Shown here in pieces: positions 48,057 through 58,238 of a stretch of 64,000 bases of DNA; the first letter of the stretch is position 1, and every line of letters begins with the position of its first letter. This DNA is from an uncultured Thermoleophilia bacterium (GTDB lineage: Bacteria > Actinomycetota > Thermoleophilia > UBA2241). Location: the NCBI GenBank assembly GCA_963715985.1, contig CAVQSP010000013.1:416001-480000 (forward strand), written 5' to 3'. Both the position numbers and the translations under genes were made by a program. The notes beneath the pieces were generated by a model. The model was not told the DNA's origin. It was given only the letters and a program-made list of their open reading frames with translations, and searched no databases.

Positions 48057-48773
48057 ATGGCTGACAAGGTCTCGCCCGTCGAGGCGCTGCCGCCGGCGTC
48101 GCGGGAATACGGGGAGCTCGGACCGGCCGTCCGACCAACCCGCGCTGGGGGATGGTGGTCGACCAGGAGCGCTGCATCGGCTGCTGGTCGTGCTGCGTGA
48201 TCTGCAAGTCGGAGAACGACGTGCCGCTCGGCATGTGGTGGAACCGCATCGACACGGTGGGCGACGCGCTCGACACGCCGCGGAGGTGAACGGCGAGCTG
48301 GAGATGCACTGGCTGCCGCTCGCCTGCCAGCACTGCGAGAACCCGGCCTGCACCAAGGTGTGCCCCGTGGAGGCCACGTACCCGCGCGAGGACGGCGTGG
48401 TGATGCAGGACCCGCAGCGCTGCATCGGCTGCCGCTTCTGCATGGTGGCGTGCCCCTACGGCGTGCGCATCTTCAACTGGGGCAAGCCCGACCGGCCCAC
48501 GGACTTCGACACCGGCATGGTCGCCGCCGCGGCCCGGTCGGCACCATGGAGAAGTGCACGTTCTGCGTGCACCGCCTCGCCGACGGCCAGGTGCCGTCGT
48601 GCGTGTGGTCGTGCCCCGCGCAGGCGCGCATCTTCGGCGACCTCAACGACCCGGACAGCCGCGTGAGCCGGCTCATCCGCGAGCGCGGCGGCGAGCAGCT
48701 GCTCGAGGAGCGCGGCACCGAGCCGCGGGTCTACTACCTGCCGCCGCGCCGCAAGAGGGGGCTGGACACATGA
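48057..48773 (+). CDS. 4Fe-4S dicluster beta subunit (DmsB/NrfC/PsrB type); frameshifts
   Basis: [54 protein letters not shown]...[16 protein letters not shown]. Confidence 0.85.
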
Positions 48774-50079
48774 GCACCGTCGTCACGCCGGGCCGCGGCG
48801 CCGGCCGAGCCGCGCCTCCGAGCGCCGCGCCCTGCGCATCTGGATCGGCGCTGCTCGCTCCTCGGCATCGCCCTGGGCCTCGGCGCCTGGGTGTATCAGC
48901 TCTCCAACGGCCTCGCCGCCACCAACATGCGCAACCCCATGATGTGGGGTCTGTACATCACCCTGTTCATGTACTTCGTGGGGCTCTCGGCCGGCGGACT
49001 TGATCGTCGCCTCCGCCGGCCGCCTCTTCGGCGCCACGCGCCTCAAGCCGGTGGTGCGCATCGCGGTGCTCGAGGCGACCGTCGCCGTCATGATCGCCGC
49101 GCTGCTCCTGCTCCCCGACATCGGCCGCCCGGACCGCGCCTGGCACCTGCTGCGCTACGCGCACGTCACGTCGCCGCTCATCTGGGACCTCACCATCGTC
49201 ACCGTCTACTTCGTCATCTCGGCGACCTACGTGTGGGTGTACACGCGCGCCGACCTCGCGCGCGCGCGGCAGCCGGCTCGCGCTCGGCACGGGTACGTCG
49301 CTCGCGCGGACATGCGCCGCGACGAGCTGCTCAAGGGCGTCCTCGCGGCGGTCGGCCTGCCGGCGGCGATCCTGCTGCACTCGATCACCGCCTGGATCTT
49401 CGGCCTGCAGATCGCGCGCGGCTTCTGGTACTCGGCGATCATGGCGCCGCTGTTCATCGCCTCGGCGCTGGTCTCGGGCACCGCGCTCATGATCCTGCTG
49501 GCGCTCATCGTGCGGCGCACCGGGCAGGGTCGGCTTCAAGGACGACCTGGTGGCGCTACCTCGGCGGCATGCTGGCGGTGTTCGTCGCCGTCGAGGCGTT
49601 TCTCGTGTTCTCGGAGATGCTCACCGCCGCGTACCCGGGGCGGGCTTCGAGGCCGAACCTGCCCGGCGGCTGCTCACGGGCCCCTACGCCGGCTTCTTCT
49701 GGTTCGAGGTGCTCGCCGGGCTGGTCGTCCCGTTCGTGCTGCTGGCCGTGCCGCGCCTGCGCGCCGACGGCGCTGGGTGGCGGTGGCCTCGGTGCTCGCG
49801 GTGGCGGGCATCCTCATCCACCGCGTCAACATCGTGCTCAACGGGCTCTCGTACGCGACCGTGCCGTATCCGCCGGGCGTGTCCGATCGGCACCGCGCAG
49901 CCCGCAGGGGACGACCTCGTTCGCGCTGAGCTACTTCTACCGCCCGAGCCTGATCGAGTACCTGGTCGCCGGCGGCGTGATCTGCTTCGGCGCGCTCGTG
50001 TTCACGCTCGCCGCGTGGAAGCTGCCGCATGCGGGAGGGCGACGCCCGGCACGGCAGCGCGGCGCCGCGAGCGCGCTGA
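48770..50079 (+). CDS. NrfD/PsrC family membrane anchor; frameshifts, end approximate
   Basis: YQLSNGLAATNMRNPMMWGLYI...FVGLSAGG, DIGRPDR, SPLIWD, HSITAWIF, PLFIASALVSG. Confidence 0.82.
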
Positions 50080-50153
50080 TCCGCCGAGGCGCCCGGCGTC
50101 GCCGAGGCCGGGCCGGCCGGTGCCGACCGCGCGCGACGCGGTAGGCTCGCGCC

Positions 50154-50600
50154 GTGAGACTGGAGCTGACCAAGCGCGGCGACTACGCGGTGCGGGCGAT
50201 GATCGCCCTGGCGCGCGACGGCGCGGCGCCTGATCAGCGCCCGGACGATCGCCGCGGAGATGGCGATCCCGCCGCGCTTCCTGCCGCAGGTGATGGCCGA
50301 CCTCGTGCGCGCCGAGCCTCGTCGAGGGCGTCACCGGCACGGAGCGGCGGCTACAGGCTCGTCCGGTCGCCGCCGCGGACATCAGCCTGCTGACGATCGT
50401 CGAGGCCGTCGAGGGGACGAGCCGCCGCGAGACGTGCGTGCTGCGCGGCGGCCCCTGCGGCCGCGACGGCGCCTGCGCCGTCCACGCCGCCTTCTGCGCC
50501 GCCGAGGAGGCGCATGATCGGCGGCGCTCGACTCGGCGTCACGCTCGCCGAGGTGAGCGCGAGGCGCCCGGCCTGGACGTGCGCGGCCACCTGCCAGCGG
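50154..50600 (+). CDS. Rrf2 family regulator with three-Cys Fe-S motif; frameshifts, end approximate
   Basis: LTKRGDYAVRAMIALA, IPPRFLPQVMADL, GGYRL, ISLLTIVEAVEG, CVLRGGPCGRDGAC. Confidence 0.82.
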
Positions 50601-50743
50601 CCGCGGCGCCGGCGTCTGCGAGATCGCCCGGCCGCGGCGGCCTCCTTCGCCGGACGAAGCAGGGGCCGGGCCTCGCGGCCCGGCCCCTCGTCCTCCTGCG
50701 TGCTGCGAGCCGCGTCGCGGCGCCCGCCGATCAGCTGTGCGGC

Positions 50744-51569
50744 TCACGCCTTCCAGACGGCGATGTCGCCGACGTTGATGTCGGCGGTGGCGTCCACCGG
50801 GCCCATCTTCTGGGCCAGGTAGCCGTCCTTCTCGATGAGCAGGTGTACTCGCCCGGCTCCAGGTCGCGGAGCCAGAAATCGCCGTAGCTGTCCGTTGTCG
50901 CCGAGCAGCTTGCCGCCGCCGGCCTTGAGTGGCCGTGACGGTGGCGCCCTCGGTGCACTCGTCGGCCTCGCTGTCGAAGACGGCGCCGGCGATGAAGGGC
51001 TTGGGCAGGCCGATGTAGTACACGCGCGGCTTGACGTCCAGCTCCGGCTTGAGCGGCTCGGCCTTGGCGACGAGCTCCTTGATCTGCGGGTCGTCCTCTT
51101 CGCCGAAGGCGAAGGCCCCGGTGGGGCAGGCGTCCACGCAGCGCGGCTCGGTCCAGCCGTCGTCCAGGAGGTGCGCGCAGAACGTGCACTTCTGGGCGAT
51201 GTTCAGCGAGTCGTTGAAGTAGATGACGTCCTCGTACGGGCACGCCTCCAGGCACAGCTGATTGCCGCGGCACCTGTCGGGGTCGATGATCACGGCCCCG
51301 TCGTCGCGCTTGTAGATGGCCTCGACGTTGCAGGCCGGGATGCACGGCGCCTCGTCGCAGTGCTGGCAGATGCTGTGCATGTAGGTGACTTTGACCTTGG
51401 GCACCTGGCCGCGCACCTTGTCCTGGATCTTGTTCCAGAACTGACCGGTGTCGGGTTGAGGCTTGGCGATCGGCGACCAGTCGTTGGCCACGTGCTCGTC
51501 CTTGCAGGCCACCTGGCAGTTGTAGCAGCCGTTGCAGATGTTCAGATCGATGACGAGGACCTTGCCCAT
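50744..51569 (-). CDS. Transhydroxylase-type FeS beta subunit with C-terminal beta-sandwich domain (frameshifts near 50840-50930)
   Basis: CNGCYNCQVACKDEH, CQHCDEAPCIPAC, IYKRDDG, QKCTFCAHLLDDGW..PRC, KPRVYY, TDSYGDF; TGATG coupling to alpha. Confidence 0.85.
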
Positions 51570-54166
51570 CACGCCCTCCCCCAGATGCAGGCTTCCAGTC
51601 CGGGACCGGCGCACGGGTGGAACGGCTTCTCGAAGGCCTCAGGGTACTTGGCCTTGAGGTCTTCCATGTCGGTCTTCTCGATGTCCACCAGGAAGCCGCT
51701 CACGGCGTGGCCGACGGCGTTCTTGGAGGTGGTGTTGCGCGGCACGATGGTGTTGATGGCGCCGCCGCGGTCGATCTCGCCGGGGACGATGGGGTCCCAC
51801 TTGGCGCCGTGGTCGATGTAGACCACGGCCGGCATGATCCGCTCGGTGACGTAGGCGCCGGCGAGCACGGTGCCGCGCTCGTTGAAGATCGACACGATGT
51901 CCCCGTGACGGATGCCGCGCTCCTCGGCCACTGACGGGTGCAGCCACACCGGCTGGTACTGGTAGCCGTCGGGGCCGGTGACCTTGCAGGTCTTGATCTC
52001 GCGCAGCCAGGTGATGTCCTCGTGCTGGGAGTGGACGCTCCAGCGAGGGTGGTTGGAGCACACGAGCAGCGGATACTTCTTGGAGCGCTCGGTACCGATG
52101 GTCTCCTCGTGGCTGATGCCCTGTGCGACCCACTTGGGCACCGGCGGCCGCTCGAGGTCACGGGGGAAGTTCTCCGTCAGGCCGGTGGCCTCGAACTCGA
52201 GCTTGCCGGTGGGTGTGGTGAGCGGGTACTTCTCGGGGTCCGCATAGAAGTTGTGGAAGCCGGCCGGCACGTCCTCCCAGCCATCGTCCGTGGGGACGGC
52301 GTAGTAGCCCTTCTCATTGAGCTCTTCCCACGTGATGAGGTCCTCGCAGCGCGAGGTCTCGTAGCCGTACTTGATGAGCTCGGGGATGGTCTTGCCGCCG
52401 GTGTACTCCTCCTTGAGGCCGAGGCGCTCGGAGAGCATGACGGCGATCTCGTAGTCGCTGAAGCTCTCGCCGAGCGGCTCGATGCACTTGTGCTCGGGGA
52501 AGAGCAGGTTGTACTGGCCGCTGAAGATGTCGCCGGCGATGTCGTCCTCTTCGAGCTTGGTGTTCACGGGCAGGATGATGTCTGCCATCAGGCAGTCGTT
52601 CTCCAGCCACGGGTGCTGCGCGAACATGAACTCGATGTCCGGGTGGCGCATGGCCTTGATGTAGTCGTTGCCGCCGTTCCAGCAGGTGATCCAGCTCGGC
52701 GAGTCGGTCCACACCATGTGGATCCTGGAGCAGCCGTCGGCCGGGTACTTGTAGTGCTCGAACTGGTTGACGCGGTCGGCGGTCTCCGACTCGCAGCCGT
52801 ACCAGTCGCACTCGCCCTCGAGGATGGCCTTGGGCACGTACGTCTTGGGGATGAAGGACGGGTGGTTGGACTCGTCCGGGTGGCCGCCGGTGTAGGCCTT
52901 GCGCAGGTAGGGCACGCGCAGCGGCTTGGGCTGGGCGTACTGGTCGGGCTTGTCGAACAGGCCCCACTCGATCATCTTGGCCTGGTTCTGGCCCGGCTTG
53001 CCCAGGCCCTGCATGGCGAGGCAGATGCCCTGCAGGCGGGCCGGCTCGGTGGCGTACGGGCCGCGGATGCCGGGGCCGCCGTTGCCGATGACGACCGTGG
53101 TGCGCTTGCTGGCCCACTCGTCGGCGAGCGCCTTGATGACGCGGGCGGGGACGCCGCAGATCGGCGCCGCCCATTCCGGCGACTTCTCCACGCCGTCCTC
53201 GTCGCCCATCACGTAGGCCTCGTACTTGTCGACGCCCACGGCGTGCGTGGCGAGGTACTCCTTGTCGTACGTGCCCTTCTTGAACCAGCGGTGCGTGATG
53301 GCCAGGTAGAGCGCGGCGTCCGTGTTGGGGAGCACGGGGATCCAACGGTCGGCGTGCACGGCGGCGGCGTAGTTGAGGTCGGGGCACACGTAGATCTGCT
53401 TGATGCCGAGCTCACTCCACCAGTAGCTCAGACGGCTCGGGAGCTGGCCCTGCCAGCCCCACGGGGTGGTCTCCTGGTCGCAGCCCCAGAACAGCAGGAG
53501 CTCGGCGTTCTTGGAGATGTCCCAGAGCAGGTTGCTCTGCATGCCCTGGCCGACGGGCTCGCAGCCCCAGAAGTGCTTGTTGCCCCACCACCAGCCTTCC
53601 CAGCTGTCGGGCTGGCGGATCTGCAGGGTGAAGCCGCCCCACGCGCGCAGCAGCTTGCGGCCGGCGCCGTGGCAGGCCTGCACGACCTTGTTCTCGCCGT
53701 GCTGGTCGCACTGGTACAGGAGCGCGGTGGGCCCGTACTTGGCCTTGATGCGCTCCATCTCGCCGGTGATGATGTCGAGGGCCTGGTCCCACGAGATGCG
53801 CTTGTACTTGCTCACGCCGCGGTTCTGCGGGTTGCGCTCGCCGTTGGGGTCGAAGTCCACGCGCATCATGGGGTAGCGGATGCGGGCCGGGGAGTAGACG
53901 CGCTTCTTGTAGGCGATGCTGTACGGCGGGATCAGGGTCTTCATGCTGGGCTCGAAGGTGCTCCCGCGCACCTCCATCTTCCACGGGTTGAGGTCCGCCT
54001 TCTTGTACTTCCAGTCGTAGTGCATCGGGCGGATGCGGATGATCTTGCCGTCCTTCACGTCGACCATGGACGCGTTGGACCCGTTCTCCGGGACGCCGCA
54101 GAAGCTGATGTCCCTGATCAGCGTCTTCTCTCCGGAGGCGCCGGTCGTGCTCATGTCCTCCGCCAT
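51569..54166 (-). CDS. Cytoplasmic Mo-bisPGD enzyme alpha subunit, divergent pyrogallol transhydroxylase family
   Basis: DFDPNGERNPQNRG, PDSWEGW (Ser ligand), KCIEPLGES, NHPRWSVH, DRGGAIN; no Tat signal and no FS0 Cys cluster. Confidence 0.88.
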   Translation of the reverse strand: MAEDMSTTGASGEKTLIRDISFCGVPENGSNASMVDVKDGKIIRIRPMHYDWKYKKADLNPWKMEVRGSTFEPSMKTLIPPYSIAYKKRVYSPARIRYPMMRVDFDPNGERNPQNRGVSKYKRISWDQALDIITGEMERIKAKYGPTALLYQCDQHGENKVVQACHGAGRKLLRAWGGFTLQIRQPDSWEGWWWGNKHFWGCEPVGQGMQSNLLWDISKNAELLLFWGCDQETTPWGWQGQLPSRLSYWWSELGIKQIYVCPDLNYAAAVHADRWIPVLPNTDAALYLAITHRWFKKGTYDKEYLATHAVGVDKYEAYVMGDEDGVEKSPEWAAPICGVPARVIKALADEWASKRTTVVIGNGGPGIRGPYATEPARLQGICLAMQGLGKPGQNQAKMIEWGLFDKPDQYAQPKPLRVPYLRKAYTGGHPDESNHPSFIPKTYVPKAILEGECDWYGCESETADRVNQFEHYKYPADGCSRIHMVWTDSPSWITCWNGGNDYIKAMRHPDIEFMFAQHPWLENDCLMADIILPVNTKLEEDDIAGDIFSGQYNLLFPEHKCIEPLGESFSDYEIAVMLSERLGLKEEYTGGKTIPELIKYGYETSRCEDLITWEELNEKGYYAVPTDDGWEDVPAGFHNFYADPEKYPLTTPTGKLEFEATGLTENFPRDLERPPVPKWVAQGISHEETIGTERSKKYPLLVCSNHPRWSVHSQHEDITWLREIKTCKVTGPDGYQYQPVWLHPSVAEERGIRHGDIVSIFNERGTVLAGAYVTERIMPAVVYIDHGAKWDPIVPGEIDRGGAINTIVPRNTTSKNAVGHAVSGFLVDIEKTDMEDLKAKYPEAFEKPFHPCAGPGLEACIWGRA

Positions 54167-54519
54167 ACTGCCAACCTCCCTGCTCGTGGCCGCGAGCCGC
54201 GACACTGTCCGTTGTCCGGCTCCGAGTGGTGATTCCCACGATGCGGAATGACTCGACCGCATTACGGGCATACTCCTGCGCCGGCGAGCCTCTGTCAAGC
54301 GTTCGGAGACCCTCGCGGAGGCGCCGGCGAGGGAGGGTGTCGTCGGTCGCGGGCACGCGGGCGCGGCGCGCGCGAGGCTTGTCGACTGCCGACCTGCGGT
54401 CGCGACTGGAGGGCAGCAGTCGATCGCACAAGTTCAGCCACGAGGCGACGGCCGACGGCCTGCTGATCGACCGCTTGGATCCGCACGACCTCGGCTCCGC
54501 TGCGCGCGACCATGACGGC

Positions 54520-54933
54520 TCAGCCCCGACCGATCACAAGAGGCACGCCGGTGAGACCCATGTGGAAGTCGGTCGACCACATGCTGCCGACGCGATGCAT
54601 CGTGCTGATGTGGAGGCCGACGGCGTCGGTCATGGTGAGGTCCTGGTCCGAGAAGCGCCGCAACAGCCCGACACCTGCTGCCTGCTCCTCAGCCCCGACG
54701 GCGATCACGCGCAGCGGAGTCAGGGCCTCGATCATGGCGAGGAACTGCAGCGCCCGCGTGCGGTCGTAGCGCCGCAGGAACCAGCCATGGCCCTCGGCGA
54801 TGACGAGCGTGGTGGTGAGCAGGTCCGGCGGTTCCGCGAAGAGCCGCAGGAAGAGCGGATGATGCGTGTCTGAGCGGTCCGCGAAGGCGATCAGGGCCGA
54901 CGTGTCGACGTACGCGTCAGCCTTTCTGGCCAT
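54520..54933 (-). CDS. VapC-type PIN toxin
   Basis: YVDTSALIA, TTTLVIAE, LTMTDA, STDFH. Confidence 0.88.
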   Translation of the reverse strand: MARKADAYVDTSALIAFADRSDTHHPLFLRLFAEPPDLLTTTLVIAEGHGWFLRRYDRTRALQFLAMIEALTPLRVIAVGAEEQAAGVGLLRRFSDQDLTMTDAVGLHISTMHRVGSMWSTDFHMGLTGVPLVIGRG

Positions 54934-55141
54934 ACACGATGTCGTCGATGCTGCAGCTCGAGTCCGGGTCGCCGCTCTCGACCATGCCGGCGTAGCGCAT
55001 CCAGGGCTGCGAGTCGTCGGCGGGCAGGGCGCTCCGCAGCGCCCGCCTGAAGAACTCCGCCAAAGATATGCCGAGGCGCGCCGCCTCTGCCTTCGCGGCG
55101 TCGTAGTCGCCCTTCGCGAGACTGATCTGCGTGCGAATCAT
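54917..55141 (-). CDS. Cognate RHH-type antitoxin (VapB-like)
   Basis: MIRTQISL...AARLGISLAEFFRRAL...SIDDIVYG; overlaps toxin start. Confidence 0.82.
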   Translation of the reverse strand: MIRTQISLAKGDYDAAKAEAARLGISLAEFFRRALRSALPADDSQPWMRYAGMVESGDPDSSCSIDDIVYGQKG

Positions 55142-55169
55142 GATAACAGTATGAGCGATTCTGTTATCA
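55141..55169. promoter_or_regulatory. Palindromic TA operator over a leaderless promoter
   Basis: TGATAACAG-N11-CTGTTATCA; minus-strand -10 CATACT 6 nt before the ATG. Confidence 0.75.
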
Positions 55170-55299
55170 ACGGCAATGCTGCGTCTGGCCATGCGTCTCA
55201 TGGTAAGGATGTCGTTCGACGCAGCCAAGGTGCGGTGCGCCGGGTGGAGTGACGTTCGCGCGTGAAGTGGGATAGTGACGGCTGCTCGCCAGGGAAGCG

Positions 55300-55476
55300 C
55301 CGCCGCTCGCCGCCGCTTGTGACTCCCGTGGTGATCGTGGACTGCTCGACGTAGCCTCCTTCGAGACGCTCGAGCAGGGCGATGAACGCCTGGATCTGCG
55401 TGTCGCGCCCACAGAGCGCCGGAGGCCAGAAGCCGGCGCTGAGCGCGCACGCGCTCCCTCGTGGGTCCACGGCCAT
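55300..55476 (-). pseudogene. Remnant N-terminus of a P-loop AAA ATPase
   Basis: AGFWPPALCGRDTQIQAFIALLERLEGGYVEQSTITTGVTSGG resembles PGAG.PP.LAGR...S..ITGLRGVGKT with a decayed Walker A. Confidence 0.5.
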
Positions 55477-55606
55477 CCTCGACAGAGGAGACGCAAGGTG
55501 TCGCCGTTCAGTAACTCGTGTCTGGTCTGCCACGTAGTGGGGAATCTGCATCGTCCTCGCCGCGCAGTCCTGCGCGGCGACTGCGTGGCACGCCGCGGGC
55601 GTGCGG

Positions 55607-56122
55607 TCAGTACGTGCGCAGCACGTCCAGGCGGCCGGCGAGGAAGGCGGCGAGACCGGCGCCGTCCTCGAGCCCGAACAGGTGCTCGTGGGTCAGCGCC
55701 GCGTCGGTGACCAGGGCGATGGCTTCGCCGGGCGCGCAGAGCGGTTCGGCGTGGCCGGCGCCGGTGCGGAACAGCTCCACCCGGTACGGCGCCGTGTTCT
55801 TGTAGCCCTCGGCGACCACCAGGTCGAAGCCGGTGAAGTAGGTCTTCACGATGTCCACCAGGGGCAGCTCGCCGTCCAGCCTGGTGATGAAGGCCAGGCG
55901 TTCGGGCGAGGCGATGGCATAGGCGCGGGCGCCGGCCTGGCCGTGACGCCAGGAGTCCTTGCCCGGATGGTCGATCTCGAAGCTGTGCGCGTCGTGCTTG
56001 ACGGTGCCGACGCGCAGGCCGAGCTTGACGAGCTCGGGCACGACCTTCTCGATGAGGGTGGTCTTGCCCGAGTCGCTCTTGCCCACGATGGCGACGAGGG
56101 CGGGTCGGGTGCGTTCGTCCAT
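55607..56122 (-). CDS. mobB: Molybdopterin-guanine dinucleotide biosynthesis protein B
   Basis: GKSDSGKTT, VKHDAH, GKDSWRH..AGA, DLVVAEGYK. Confidence 0.92.
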   Translation of the reverse strand: MDERTRPALVAIVGKSDSGKTTLIEKVVPELVKLGLRVGTVKHDAHSFEIDHPGKDSWRHGQAGARAYAIASPERLAFITRLDGELPLVDIVKTYFTGFDLVVAEGYKNTAPYRVELFRTGAGHAEPLCAPGEAIALVTDAALTHEHLFGLEDGAGLAAFLAGRLDVLRTY

Positions 56123-56184
56123 GCGCCTGATGCTACGCAACTGCGCGCCGCGGGGAAACCCGGGCCCAGGCCCCGGAGCAGCCC

Positions 56185-57244
56185 TCAGACTTCATAGACC
56201 TCGACCTCGACGGCCTTCACCGAGACGTACACCGGCCCGCCGTCGTCCAGGTGCATGGACGCGACGGAACCCGGAGTGACCTCGGCGATGATGGGCAGCT
56301 CGCCGCTCACGCGCGCACGCACGTGGTTGCCGACGACATCGAGATCCTCGACGACGCCCTTCCACACGTTCCTCGGCGAGCCCTCCGGCAGGACGCGGTG
56401 GAGGGCGACCGCGCGCGGCGGGATGACGGCGAACACCTCGCCGCTCTCGGGCATCGGGTCGGCGGCGATGAGGCGCCGGCCGCCGGTGAGCACGATCGCC
56501 CTTTGCTCGGCCCGGCCGCGGTACAGGTTCAGCCCGACGAGCTCGGCCACGTAGCGCGAGCGCGGGTGCGAGGAGAGCTCTTCCGGCGTGCCGGCCTGCA
56601 CGATCCGCCCGGCCTCCAGGACGACGAGGTGGTCGGCGAGCGTCATGGCCTCGATCGGGTCGTGCGTGATGACGAGACAGGTGCCTTCGTACAGCGGCGA
56701 GGTGGCGGGAGAGGGCGCGCCGCAGGTCCGCGCGGGCACCGGCGTCCATCGCCGCCAGTGGCTCGTCGAGCAGCAGCAGGCGCGGGTCGGTGGCCAGGGC
56801 CCGCGCCAGCGCCACACGCTGCGCCTGACCGCCGGAGAGGGCGCGCGGTCTCACCAGCGCGCACGACTCGAGACCCACGCGCGCGAGCCACGCGTGCGCG
56901 CTCTCGCGCGCGGCGGCCCGGCTCGCGCCGCGCGAGCGCAGGCCGAAGGCCACGTTGTCCAGCACCGACAGGTGCGGGAAGAGCAGATAGTCCTGGAACA
57001 CGACGCCGATGGGCCGCCGCTCGGTGGGCACGTGGACGGCCGCCGCCGGGTCGTCCAGCACCACACCGTCCAGGACGACCCGGCCCGAATCCAGCGGGAT
57101 CAGGCCGGCCAGCGCGCGCAGCAGCGTCGTCTTGCCGGCCGCGTTGGGGCCCAGCAGCGCGACCACGGTGCCCGCCTGCACATCCAGGCGGACGTCGAGG
57201 TCCAGCGTGCCTTTGCGCAGCGCCACCTCCGCGTCCAGGCTCAC
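56185..57244 (-). CDS. modC: Molybdate ABC transporter ATPase with TOBE domain (frameshift ~56700)
   Basis: GPNAAGKT, LSGGQAQR, LLDEP, ITHD, GSPRN, AEVT, SVKA. Confidence 0.88.
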
Positions 57245-57272
57245 GCCGGCCCTCGCTCTTCCGTCCCCATCC

Positions 57273-58220
57273 TCATCGCGCCGGGAACCACCGGCTGCGC
57301 AGCGCGACCAGCACCGTGAGCGAGATGGCCAGCATGACCAGGCTCAGGGCGATGGCGGAGTCGGGCTCGTTCTGCAGGGCGAGGTACACGGCGAGCGGCA
57401 TGGTCTGGGTCGTGCCGGGCAGGTTGCCGGCGAAGGTGATGGTGGCGCCGAACTCGCCGAGGGCGCGGGCCCAGGCCAAGGCGGCGCCCGCGCCCAGGGC
57501 CGGGGCGATGAGGGGCAGGGTCACGCGGCGGAACACCGTCCAGCGGCCGGCGCCCAGGGTGGTCGCGGCGTCCTCGTAGCGGCGGTCCATGGCGCGGATG
57601 CCGGCCTCGACCGTGATCACCAGGAACGGCATGGCGACGAAGGTCTCGGCCATGATGACTCCGGCCGTGGAGAACGGCAGCGTGATCCCGAGCACGTGGT
57701 CGAGCGCCTGGCCGGCGACGCCGTTGCGCCCGAAGGCGAGCAGCAGGGCGACGCCCCCGACCACCGGCGGCAGCACCATGGGCAGCAGCACGACGGCGCG
57801 TACCAGGTCGCGACCGCGGAACCGCACCCGCGCCAGCAGCCAGGCGAGCGGGACCCCGATCACCAGGGAGATGGCGACGGCGGCGAGCGAGCACACCAGC
57901 GAGAGGCGTAGAGCCGTCATCACGCCGGGCGCCGAGAGGTCCGAGAGCAGGTGACCCCACGGGGCGCGAAGCACGAGAGCGACCAGCGGCAGCGCGAGGA
58001 AGACGATGGCGATCACCGCCAGCGGGACGAAACCGAAGGGGGCGCCGCCGCTGCGGCGGGCCGGTGTCTCCCTGCCTCCGCGGGGGGGCCGCCGGGACCA
58101 GGGCCCGGCCGGCTCCCGGTCCGGCGTCAGCGTGTCGCCGGCCACCACGGCCAGGTTGGCCTCCACGCCCGGGCTACGGCGCCGCCCGTCGGGCGGGACG
58201 TTGTCGTCGCAGGTGGTCAC
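57273..58220 (-). CDS. modB: Molybdate ABC transporter permease (start uncertain)
   Basis: LPMVLPPVVGG, FVAMPF, WARALGEFGATITFAGN, TQTMPLAVY. Confidence 0.92.
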   Translation of the reverse strand: MTTCDDNVPPDGRRRSPGVEANLAVVAGDTLTPDREPAGPWSRRPPRGGRETPARRSGGAPFGFVPLAVIAIVFLALPLVALVLRAPWGHLLSDLSAPGVMTALRLSLVCSLAAVAISLVIGVPLAWLLARVRFRGRDLVRAVVLLPMVLPPVVGGVALLLAFGRNGVAGQALDHVLGITLPFSTAGVIMAETFVAMPFLVITVEAGIRAMDRRYEDAATTLGAGRWTVFRRVTLPLIAPALGAGAALAWARALGEFGATITFAGNLPGTTQTMPLAVYLALQNEPDSAIALSLVMLAISLTVLVALRSRWFPAR

Positions 58221-58238
58221 GGCATCCGGCGGCGACGC

